Source of the DNA: an uncultured Bacillales bacterium
GTDB lineage: Bacteria > Bacillota_I > Bacilli_A > RFN20 > CAG-826
Length of the DNA: 64,000 nt
Direction of reading: 5' to 3'
Assembly: GCA_946409515.1 (NCBI GenBank)
Contig: CAMJWS010000004.1
Coordinates: forward strand, 36,013-100,012
The position numbers were made by a program, and so were the translations under genes. Numbering within the stretch: position 1 is the stretch's first letter; each line of letters opens with the position of its first letter. The notes beneath the pieces were generated by a model. It was not told the origin of the DNA. It worked only from the letters and a program-made list of their open reading frames with translations, and searched no databases. Shown here in pieces: positions 40,384-48,552 of the stretch.

Positions 40384-42024
40384 TTAGGCAGCGTGATCAG
40401 CGATGGTAATAGAGCCAACGTTGAATGTGCCATTCTTAGAGCTGATTTCCACTGTATGTTCACCAGCAGTTAATTCATAATTGCCTAAGATGTTGAACAT
40501 ATAGCCGTATCTATCTTTGCTTCTTGTTTGTCCGAAGCCAGCGGTCCATAAGTTCTTTGTGTTAGAAATGGTTTGTTCGACACCATCAATCTTTAATGTG
40601 ATGGAAGCTGATAATTTTGTGGATGTGTTTTGGTCAACAGAACCTGTGTAACCCATATAGACAATAACATCTTTTTTACCAGCAGTTGTTGTTGCTTTGA
40701 AGCTAGCTTTTTTGCCACTAGCTAAAGCGTAGTAGGTAGCTGGGGCTTTATAATCTGAGCTTGTTGACTTTGTGCCATCAGAAGTTAAGCCATCACCTTC
40801 ACCAACTTTAAATGTTTCTGGGATTTGAGCTTTTTCACCGATTGTCATGAAATCGATAATCTTGTCTAACTTTTCAGCAGAAACACCGATCATACGGAGA
40901 GCAAGGTAGACTTGTTCTTGGAATGTTTCACCTGGTAAGGCTAAGATTTCATCGATATATTTTCTAATATCATCACCATTGGTATCTGGGGTTTTGCCAG
41001 GATATCTTTGGTTATCGATTGGAGCAAAATTTGAGAAACCATAGTCTTGAAGTGCTTCATTAAATGGAACACCAAGTAAACCATTAATCATGATACCTGT
41101 GATACCTGTTCTATCTGTACCGATACGGCAGTGATAGAAGAGTGGGTAGTTATTTTCATCGGCTAAAACATCCATAACTTGTCTAATTTTCACAGAGTTT
41201 CTAGCTAAGTTAGAATATGGAACTGCGCCATAATCCATATAGCAGTTTTTAAGATTTACACCAGATAAGTTAACATTATTGTCATCTTTATCTGCAACGT
41301 TGATTTCTGTCTTAATGCCAAATTGTTCGGTTAAGATTCTTTTTGCTTCATCATTAGATGGAGTACCATTGTCAAATTTGCTACCGCTACCACGATAGAT
41401 TAAGCCTTGTTTGATTTTGCCACCGGCATAGGTTGTTCTACCACCCATATCACGGAAGTTTGGCATATTGCCAACATATAAGTTTCTTGGAGCTTGTTCT
41501 GTCACTTTGAAGGTTTTAACTTCACTTGATTGTTTTTGACCTGTTGTGAAGTTAGCAACGATTTTGAAATAGTTTGTGCCCAAGAAAGAATTGTAGAAAC
41601 TAATTGTAGTTTCTTTTGTACCTTGGACAACGTATGGATCGCTTAAATCCTCGTATTGACTAAAGACTAATGAGTAGTTCTTTAATTCATAACCATCTGG
41701 AGCTTCATATTCCCAGTTAAGTGTTGTTTTTTCAGGAGTGGAAACGTTTTTGTTACCGTAAGCATCACAAGAATCTAAGTCACTCTTTGTAATTTGGTAG
41801 TATTGTTTGGAAAGATTTAAATACTTTAATTGATTGGCGGTGTGAATTTCTTGAACTGTTTCGAGTTCATCATCATCAAAATTATAAGTACCACCAGTTA
41901 TTTCATCTGGATCTTGACTGCTAGGTTGGGCGCTACTACTCTTACCACCGGCTGGTTGATTGTCACAGCCAACCACGGATAAAGCAAGGATAAGAAGCGA
42001 ACCTAAAACGAATTTTTTGTTCAT
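40384..42024 (-). CDS. Surface lipoprotein (546 aa) with PRNL beta-domain, cysteine-phosphatase domain (PF13350-like) and a C-terminal beta-rich domain
   Basis: Lipobox LSVVGC. Motifs APRNLYVGNMPNFRDMGG and LFYHCRIGTDRTG. The C-terminal GEHTVEISSKNGTFNVGSITI is homologous to the C-terminus of the 794-aa paralog. Confidence 0.75.
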   Translation of the reverse strand: MNKKFVLGSLLILALSVVGCDNQPAGGKSSSAQPSSQDPDEITGGTYNFDDDELETVQEIHTANQLKYLNLSKQYYQITKSDLDSCDAYGNKNVSTPEKTTLNWEYEAPDGYELKNYSLVFSQYEDLSDPYVVQGTKETTISFYNSFLGTNYFKIVANFTTGQKQSSEVKTFKVTEQAPRNLYVGNMPNFRDMGGRTTYAGGKIKQGLIYRGSGSKFDNGTPSNDEAKRILTEQFGIKTEINVADKDDNNVNLSGVNLKNCYMDYGAVPYSNLARNSVKIRQVMDVLADENNYPLFYHCRIGTDRTGITGIMINGLLGVPFNEALQDYGFSNFAPIDNQRYPGKTPDTNGDDIRKYIDEILALPGETFQEQVYLALRMIGVSAEKLDKIIDFMTIGEKAQIPETFKVGEGDGLTSDGTKSTSSDYKAPATYYALASGKKASFKATTTAGKKDVIVYMGYTGSVDQNTSTKLSASITLKIDGVEQTISNTKNLWTAGFGQTRSKDRYGYMFNILGNYELTAGEHTVEISSKNGTFNVGSITIADHAA

Positions 42025-42136
42025 AATATCTAATACCTCTGTGGAACATTCTATTACTTTTTTATGACTAATAAAAGTGACTATTATCTTATAGTTATTA
42101 TGACTTTTGGGTTAGTTTATAGTTTGTTTAAGTTTC

Positions 42137-42172
42137 AAAAGAAAAGGGAACCAAGACCGGTTCCCTATTTTG
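42137..42172 (-). terminator. Intrinsic terminator downstream of the 282-aa lipoprotein gene
   Basis: aaaagaaaaGGGAACCaagaccGGUUCCCuauuuuguauug: a perfect 7-bp stem with flanking A-rich and T-rich tracts. Confidence 0.65.
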
Positions 42173-42191
42173 TATTGTATTAATCTTTAAA

Positions 42192-43040
42192 TTATGCGGC
42201 TGGTGTAGCAGGAGCAGCAAAGACAATAACGAAATCGTGAACAGCTAAGTTGAAACTATCAACTCTGGTGTATTTGATTGTATTTAAACCAGCAGCTAAA
42301 GAAACAGCGCCGATTTCACAATCGCCTAATGGAGACCACTTATGATCACCAAAATCCATACCGCCTTCTTCTGGAATAACATCACCAAATTTGAATGATG
42401 TCTTATCAGCGATACTAACTTCAGTCATTGCGCCTTCTAAACCAATTTCAACTTTGAAGTTACCAATGCCATTTGCAGCATCAGTATGGTCGTTATTTTC
42501 ATCATAGTAACCTTTGTTTTGATTGTTGTTTGAATCTTCGTACCAATAGTCCATACGGCCACGTTGATAGAGAACACCAGTCACAGCTTCTGCTAAGTTG
42601 AACTTAACTTCAAAGGTATCGCCATCTTTACCTAATTTAATGCAACCTTCTGGAGCACTCTTAGGAGTTCCGGTGTGTGTGTTTTCAGCGGTAGAAATCA
42701 TAATACCTTTAGAATTACAAACTGAACATTTGACTTTCTTGTAAGCGACTCCACCATTGCTTGCTTCAACATCGCCATCATCAGCCCATGTGTGTTGTTT
42801 GAGTTTTGCAATTGGTCTTGTTTCCGTATTACCGGCATCACTTTCGCGTTTTTCTTGACCTTCAGCACCACATGTGGCTGGAGTAACTACTGTCCATTCG
42901 CCCCATTTTTCTTTAGAAGTTGAAGGTTTTTGAGATGATGGTTGTTTGGAATTTGACTTGTCTGCATTATTTCCACCATTACAAGCGGCTAAAGATAATG
43001 CAGCAAAAACGGTCATTAAAGCGACTAATCTTTTTTTCAT
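42192..43040 (-). CDS. Lipoprotein (282 aa), function unknown, with Cys-containing N-terminal region
   Basis: Lipobox LSLAAC. Lys/Ser-rich linker and several Cys pairs (CGAEGQ, CSVCNSKG, CIKLG, CEIG). The terminator before it and the one after it suggest a monocistronic unit. Confidence 0.6.
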   Translation of the reverse strand: MKKRLVALMTVFAALSLAACNGGNNADKSNSKQPSSQKPSTSKEKWGEWTVVTPATCGAEGQEKRESDAGNTETRPIAKLKQHTWADDGDVEASNGGVAYKKVKCSVCNSKGIMISTAENTHTGTPKSAPEGCIKLGKDGDTFEVKFNLAEAVTGVLYQRGRMDYWYEDSNNNQNKGYYDENNDHTDAANGIGNFKVEIGLEGAMTEVSIADKTSFKFGDVIPEEGGMDFGDHKWSPLGDCEIGAVSLAAGLNTIKYTRVDSFNLAVHDFVIVFAAPATPAA

Positions 43041-43109
43041 TAAAAAATTTCCTCCGAAAAAATATTATGTTTTATCTAACACTATTCGTGTTTAGTAAAT
43101 CTTAAATAT

Positions 43110-43118
43110 ATTATAGCA
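43110..43118 (-). promoter_or_regulatory. Extended -10 element (TGcTATAAT) upstream of the 282-aa lipoprotein gene
   Basis: Reverse complement of 43110-43118 gives TGcTATAAT. No good -35 hexamer is present, and the element overlaps the stop codon of the upstream gene. Confidence 0.35.
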
Positions 43119-43896
43119 AGAAATTTTCAATTCTATTACAAATTAAATAACCTTCACGATTATGCACATCTGTACGGTTGTACATCATGCGCTGTTTATT
43201 AGGGGTTAAAAATACACCACCAGCTTGTTCAACGATGACTTGGCTAGCGGCGGTATCCCACTCCTTAGTGCCATCACTTAGGCGATATGTAAGCTCGCCC
43301 AAGCCTTGTGCGATCCTGCATGCCTTTAAGGCAGAACCCCACTTTTCAATTTTGGTAATTTTATTTGGATATTTTGCGATTACAGCATCTTCTTCTGGCT
43401 TGGAATGGAAGACACTCTTATAAACGGTCAAATTATCAATTTTATCGTTGACGTGTATGCGTTTTGTGAGTCCGTCTTTACGATAGAAGGCTCCTAAACC
43501 TTTAGCGGCGAAATAAATTTCACCAGTTAATGGAACAACTACGACACCGACCACTGCTTCGTGTTTATAAGCAAGCGCAATGTTTGTGGTGAAGCCACCA
43601 TCTTTGGCCACGAAATCTTTTGTGCCATCGACTGGATCAACAATCCAAACGAAATCGTTATCTAATCTAGATATATCGTCAGTACTTTCTTCAGTTAAGA
43701 AAGCGTATGTTGGAAATTTTTTGTGAAGATACTCTCTAATTACTTTATCGGCGTTTTTATCAGCGAGAGTAACTGGAGAATTATCATCTTTGATTTCCAC
43801 AGAAAAGTCAGTGTTGTATATTTCTAATATACCTTTGATTGCTTTAACACCCGCTTCAATCGCGGCTTCGAGTTGTTCTTCCCACATTCTATTCAT
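43111..43896 (-). CDS. Inositol-monophosphatase-family phosphatase (CysQ/SuhB-like; probable 3'-phosphoadenosine 5'-phosphate or inositol-phosphate phosphatase)
   Basis: WIVDPVDGT metal-binding motif and EESTDD upstream motif; 261 aa. Overlaps nrnA by 8 nt. Confidence 0.75.
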   Translation of the reverse strand: MNRMWEEQLEAAIEAGVKAIKGILEIYNTDFSVEIKDDNSPVTLADKNADKVIREYLHKKFPTYAFLTEESTDDISRLDNDFVWIVDPVDGTKDFVAKDGGFTTNIALAYKHEAVVGVVVVPLTGEIYFAAKGLGAFYRKDGLTKRIHVNDKIDNLTVYKSVFHSKPEEDAVIAKYPNKITKIEKWGSALKACRIAQGLGELTYRLSDGTKEWDTAASQVIVEQAGGVFLTPNKQRMMYNRTDVHNREGYLICNRIENFLL

Positions 43897-44839
43897 TTCC
43901 TTTCTTCACCACTCCGGCAAGTAAGTCTAAAAGCTCATTAATAACTTCTGGACCAAACTTCTTGTAAGTAAAGCCTGCGGCGAATGTATGACCACCACCA
44001 CCAAAGTGAGTGGCTATTTTTTGAATGTCAAAGGTGCTACTACGCAATTCTACTTGCATACCACCATTATCGGTTTCAGAAGCAACAAACCAAACCGGGA
44101 AACCTGTGACATAACTTAATAATGAAGTATTACCACAGATTTGAGCGGAGGTAACTCCGAGTTGTTCTCTTTCTTTCTTAGTGGCGACAGTGTAGATGAT
44201 ACCACGTTCATCTTTTTTAACGTGGCTATAAATAAATGATTTAATTGTTATTGATATTTCAGGAACTAAATTGTTTGTCTTATTCAATAAGATTGGATCA
44301 ACACCGAGATCACATAAATCACGGGCGATTTCAAACATCCTGACAAAGTTGTTAGCGAATTGGAATCTCGCGGTATCAGTCATCATACCAAGGTATAGAG
44401 CACTACCAGCGATTAAATCGATTTCTAAATTGTTTTCTTTAGCGAAACGATAAATCAATTCACAAGTTGATGTGGCATTATCGTCAATGACCTCTGGACC
44501 TTCATGGAAAGTATGAGTGTCAATGTGATGATCAATTTTGGCAAAATCACGTGCTTTCCACGCTCTTTGATCTTCCAAACGATTGATGTCATTGCTATCA
44601 AGAACTATAGCTAAAGATTGGGCAATTATTTCATCAGAAACAACATCCATTTTGCCGAGAATACCAAAAAACTTTTTTAACCCACTACCTACACAGTAGA
44701 TTTGTTTTTCTGGATATCTCGTTTTGAGAATGTTTCTTAGAGCAATTTGGCTTCCATAACAATCACCATCTGGATTAAGATGACCGAAAATTACTGTCGA
44801 ATCATATTGCTCAATCTTGGAGATGATCGCCTCAAACAT
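43889..44839 (-). CDS. nrnA: Bifunctional oligoribonuclease/pAp phosphatase NrnA (DHH-DHHA1)
   Basis: Motifs FGHLNPDGDCYGS, DHHIDTH and GGGHTFAAG; 316 aa. Confidence 0.85.
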   Translation of the reverse strand: MFEAIISKIEQYDSTVIFGHLNPDGDCYGSQIALRNILKTRYPEKQIYCVGSGLKKFFGILGKMDVVSDEIIAQSLAIVLDSNDINRLEDQRAWKARDFAKIDHHIDTHTFHEGPEVIDDNATSTCELIYRFAKENNLEIDLIAGSALYLGMMTDTARFQFANNFVRMFEIARDLCDLGVDPILLNKTNNLVPEISITIKSFIYSHVKKDERGIIYTVATKKEREQLGVTSAQICGNTSLLSYVTGFPVWFVASETDNGGMQVELRSSTFDIQKIATHFGGGGHTFAAGFTYKKFGPEVINELLDLLAGVVKKGNE

Positions 44840-45249
44840 TAAAATTCGTTATCCTCTTTTTCTTCTTCGGATTCTTCTTGTTCTTCGTCAGAATTGAAGT
44901 CCTCTTCTTTTTGTTCTTCTTCGTCTTCGAAGGCCTTGTTGTATTCGGCTTCTTCCTCTTCTTCTTCGCTGTCATCATAGGAAGTTTCAACATCGCTATA
45001 AACTTCACTCATATCGATGTGAACCTTTTCGAATTTGTGACGAATTCTGAGGTCCCATTCATTTTCGCCTAAGGTGACGAAACGGCCATCAAGCATTAAG
45101 TTGGTGTAGAAGCGAGAGACTTTCGCTGCTGCTTCTTCTTCACTTAAGCCAGCTTCTTTCACACAGTAAGCCCAAATATCTTGGAACTTGCTTTGTTGGC
45201 TTTGGGCGCTTACGTAATCGTAAGCATAGTCTAATAATGATTTTGACAT
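44839..45249 (-). CDS. rpoE: DNA-directed RNA polymerase delta subunit
   Basis: HARE-HTH-like N-terminal domain (MSKSLLDYAYDYVSAQ...) plus a ~45-aa poly-Asp/Glu C-terminal tail. ATG at 45249 with GGGAGG RBS. Confidence 0.75.
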   Translation of the reverse strand: MSKSLLDYAYDYVSAQSQQSKFQDIWAYCVKEAGLSEEEAAAKVSRFYTNLMLDGRFVTLGENEWDLRIRHKFEKVHIDMSEVYSDVETSYDDSEEEEEEAEYNKAFEDEEEQKEEDFNSDEEQEESEEEKEDNEF

Positions 45250-45262
45250 ATCAATGTCCTCC

Positions 45263-46882
45263 CTACATATGTATTGGAGCGCTGACACCAATAAGGGCTA
45301 GCGCATTCTTTAACACTATTTTACTTGCTTTGACTAAAGCAAGACGTGAACCACTGAGTTCTAAATTGTTTTGATCGATAACACGGCATTCGTTATAGAA
45401 AGCGTGAACGAGTTCCGCAAGGGTATGAATGTAATTTGTGACTTTGTATGGTGCTTTATCTTTAGCAGCATCATTCACTAAATTAGCAAAGTCAGCAAGG
45501 TGCTTTAACAAAGCCATTTCAGAAGGTTGGCTTAATAACTTAGCACTATTATCAATAGCGATATCTTTGCCTTGTTCTAAAATAGAACAGAGTCTAGCGT
45601 GAGCATATTGAGCATAATAGACTGGGTTATTAGAACTTTGTTCTTTTGCTAAGTCCATGTCAAAGTCTAAGTGAGATGAAGGAGCACGCATTGCAAAGAA
45701 ATAACGCATTGCATCAACGCCAACTTCTTCACAGACATCTCTTAAAGTGATGGCATCTCCTCTTCTCTTGCTAGCTTTATATTCTTGTCCGTCTTTAAGG
45801 AATCTCACCATTTGAATTAATTCAACATGGAGAATATCTTGTGGATGACCATGCATCATTAAAGCGGATTTCATTCTATTAATGTAGCCATGATGATCTG
45901 CGCCTAAGACGTCGATAAGAGCATCAAACCCACGTGATAATTTATTAACGTGGTAGCAAATATCAGGTAAGAAGTAGGTGTAATCACCATTACTCTTTTG
46001 AATAACACGGTCTTTATCATCGATAAAGTCAGATGTCTTTAAATATAAGGCATCGTCTTGTCTATATGTATATTTGCTTAAGAAGTCTAATTCTTTTTCG
46101 ATAGCGTTGTCCGCTCTAATGGCTTTCTCTGAAGAGAAGACATCGTGCTTAACTCTGAATAATTCTAAGTCTTTAACAATTCTATCGAGTTCGATTTTGA
46201 CACCTTTTTCTTTGAAATATGGAATTGGGTCAGCCATCTTAAGTGCTTCATCGCCAATTTCGTTTTTAATTGTTTCAGCAATTTCAACGATGTCATGACC
46301 AGCATAACCATCTTCAGGAATCTCGGCTTGAATGCCGAATAATTCTTTATATCTAGCTTGGATTGATAAGGCTAAATTTGTTATTTGGCTACCAGCATCA
46401 TTGATGTAATATTCTTTAGTCACATCATAGCCAGCGAAATCTAAAATACGGGAGATGCTGTCACCAATTGCCGCACCTCTAGCGGTACCAACATGAAGAA
46501 TGCCTGTTGGGTTAGCAGAAACAAATTCCACATTAACTTTGAAATTCTTTCTTGGTGAACGACCATAGTTTTCATCTTCGGTGATAATCTTGTTTACGAA
46601 TGCTTGAAGTGAATCATGCTTCATAAAGAAGTTAATGAAACCAGGGCCAGCAATTTCGATTTTATCAATACCGTTTCTATTAATTTTCTCAATTAGCATG
46701 CTGGCAACATCACGTGGCGCTTTAGCAAATAATCTAGAAAATTTCATCGCAACATTAGTGGCATAGTCACCATGTGCTTCATCTTTGCTCTTTTCAATAA
46801 CGATATCATTAAGAGCGACTTCTTGACCTAGATCTAAAAGAGCTTTTTGGATTTTGAGTTTAATGTTTTCAATAATGTCCAT
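45263..46882 (-). CDS. argS: Arginyl-tRNA synthetase
   Basis: 539 aa, class I ArgRS architecture ending ...GVSAPIHM. ATG at 46882 with AAAGGAG RBS. Confidence 0.9.
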   Translation of the reverse strand: MDIIENIKLKIQKALLDLGQEVALNDIVIEKSKDEAHGDYATNVAMKFSRLFAKAPRDVASMLIEKINRNGIDKIEIAGPGFINFFMKHDSLQAFVNKIITEDENYGRSPRKNFKVNVEFVSANPTGILHVGTARGAAIGDSISRILDFAGYDVTKEYYINDAGSQITNLALSIQARYKELFGIQAEIPEDGYAGHDIVEIAETIKNEIGDEALKMADPIPYFKEKGVKIELDRIVKDLELFRVKHDVFSSEKAIRADNAIEKELDFLSKYTYRQDDALYLKTSDFIDDKDRVIQKSNGDYTYFLPDICYHVNKLSRGFDALIDVLGADHHGYINRMKSALMMHGHPQDILHVELIQMVRFLKDGQEYKASKRRGDAITLRDVCEEVGVDAMRYFFAMRAPSSHLDFDMDLAKEQSSNNPVYYAQYAHARLCSILEQGKDIAIDNSAKLLSQPSEMALLKHLADFANLVNDAAKDKAPYKVTNYIHTLAELVHAFYNECRVIDQNNLELSGSRLALVKASKIVLKNALALIGVSAPIHM

Positions 46883-46883
46883 C

Positions 46884-47360
46884 TTATTCTCCTTTCTTTC
46901 TAAGCATGACAATGGCGTCCGCTTTAACAGCTAAGCCTTTTCCGATATCATCGATACCCTCATTAGTTCCTGCTTTAACAGAAACATTCTCTAAGGAAGT
47001 ATTTAATAATAACGCTAAGTTATTTCGCATTTCCATAATAAATGGTGCAAGTTTTGGTTTTTCTAATGTAATTGAGACATCAACATTGTTGATTTCATAG
47101 CCCTTTTCGTCCATCATAGCCACTACTCTTTTAACGATAATTGATGAATCAATATCCTTAAATTCAGGTGTACCTGGGAAATGTTTTCCTAAATCACCAA
47201 GAGCAAGAGCGCCTAGGATAGCTTCGCTAACAGCATGATAAACAACATCTCCATCACTGTGTGCTTGTTCGCCCATGGGGCTAGGAACACATACGCCAGA
47301 GAGCATTAGCTTACGACCTTCAACAAGCCTATGGATATCAGTAGCAAATCCAATTCTCAT
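46884..47360 (-). CDS. ispF: 2-C-methyl-D-erythritol 2,4-cyclodiphosphate synthase
   Basis: Motifs HSDGDV and GDLGKHFP; 158 aa. Confidence 0.9.
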   Translation of the reverse strand: MRIGFATDIHRLVEGRKLMLSGVCVPSPMGEQAHSDGDVVYHAVSEAILGALALGDLGKHFPGTPEFKDIDSSIIVKRVVAMMDEKGYEINNVDVSITLEKPKLAPFIMEMRNNLALLLNTSLENVSVKAGTNEGIDDIGKGLAVKADAIVMLRKKGE

Positions 47361-47361
47361 A

Positions 47362-48474
47362 TTACTTTTTCACATTAAAACGGAAGAACATAATGTCACC
47401 ATCTTTTGGATAGTAGCCTTTACCTTCGGTTCTAATCTTTCCCGCTTCTTTAACAGCGTGTTCGCTTCCAAGTTCATGAATGGCTTCGTATGGATAGACT
47501 TCCGCACAAATGAAACCTTTTTGGAAATCGGTATGGATAACGCCAGCACATTCAGGAGCTGACATATTGTTTTTAAATGTCCAGGCACGGCATTCATCCG
47601 CACCAACAGTGAAGAATGTAGATAAATTTAACAATTTATATGTGGCTTTAATAACTTTTTCTAAGCCAGATTCTTTAACGTTAAGTTCCGCTAAATATTC
47701 TTTTCTTTCTTCTTCGCTTAATTCAGATAAATCGCTTTCAATTTGAGCGGAAACTGGAATGACTTGACTATTTTCTTTAGAAGCATACGCCAAAACATCT
47801 TGATAGTATTTGCAGTTATCTAAGTCCATCAAATCACTTTCGCCCACATTGGCGACATAAATAATTGGTTTATCTGTTAATAGGTGATAGTTAACTTTGC
47901 AATATGCAATTTGATCTTCAGTAAGTTTAGCTTTTCTAGCAGGTAAGCCTTGTTCAAGAACTTCTTTTAATGGTTTGAGAAGATTCATTTCATAGATAGC
48001 TTCTTTATCTTTAGCAATTCTTGCTTTAGCTTCGCTCTTTTCAATACGCTTATCGACAGTATCTAAATCCGCCATAATGAGTTCGAGATTAATAATCTCA
48101 ATATCTCTAATTGGATCAACGGATTCTTCAACATGAACAATATCAGCGTTATCAAAACAGCGAACCACTTCCACAATAGCGTCGCATTCACGAATATTGG
48201 CCAAGAACTTATTGCCTAAGCCTTCGCCGTTAGAAGCACCTTTGACTAATCCAGCAATATCAGTGAATTCCACAGTCGCTGGAATCTTTCTTTCAGGTTT
48301 AAAAATATTTGTTAAAAAATCTAATCTTTCGTCAGGAACGTTAACAACACCTGTATTTGGATTGATCGTTGCAAACGGATAGTTCGCTGCTTCAACGTGT
48401 GAATTGGTAATCGCGTTAAATAGCGTCGACTTTCCAACATTTGGTAATCCAACAATGCCTGCTTTTAATCCCAT
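47362..48474 (-). CDS. ychF: Ribosome-binding ATPase YchF (Obg-family GTPase)
   Basis: [23 protein letters not shown]... ATG at 48474 with AAGAGGAAA RBS. The listed N-terminal 20 aa lack support. Confidence 0.9.
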   Translation of the reverse strand: MGLKAGIVGLPNVGKSTLFNAITNSHVEAANYPFATINPNTGVVNVPDERLDFLTNIFKPERKIPATVEFTDIAGLVKGASNGEGLGNKFLANIRECDAIVEVVRCFDNADIVHVEESVDPIRDIEIINLELIMADLDTVDKRIEKSEAKARIAKDKEAIYEMNLLKPLKEVLEQGLPARKAKLTEDQIAYCKVNYHLLTDKPIIYVANVGESDLMDLDNCKYYQDVLAYASKENSQVIPVSAQIESDLSELSEEERKEYLAELNVKESGLEKVIKATYKLLNLSTFFTVGADECRAWTFKNNMSAPECAGVIHTDFQKGFICAEVYPYEAIHELGSEHAVKEAGKIRTEGKGYYPKDGDIMFFRFNVKK

Positions 48475-48505
48475 AATAGTGTTTTCCTCTTTTAGTGCGC
48501 TACCT

Positions 48506-48534
48506 ATTATAAGGGATAAATACAAAATTAACAA
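48506..48534 (-). promoter_or_regulatory. Promoter for the ychF-ispF-argS-rpoE-nrnA gene string (TTGTTA, 17-nt spacer, TATAAT)
   Basis: Hexamers located on the minus strand by reverse complement, about 25 nt upstream of the ychF start. Confidence 0.45.
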
Positions 48535-48552
48535 AACAAAATAAAATTTGTT

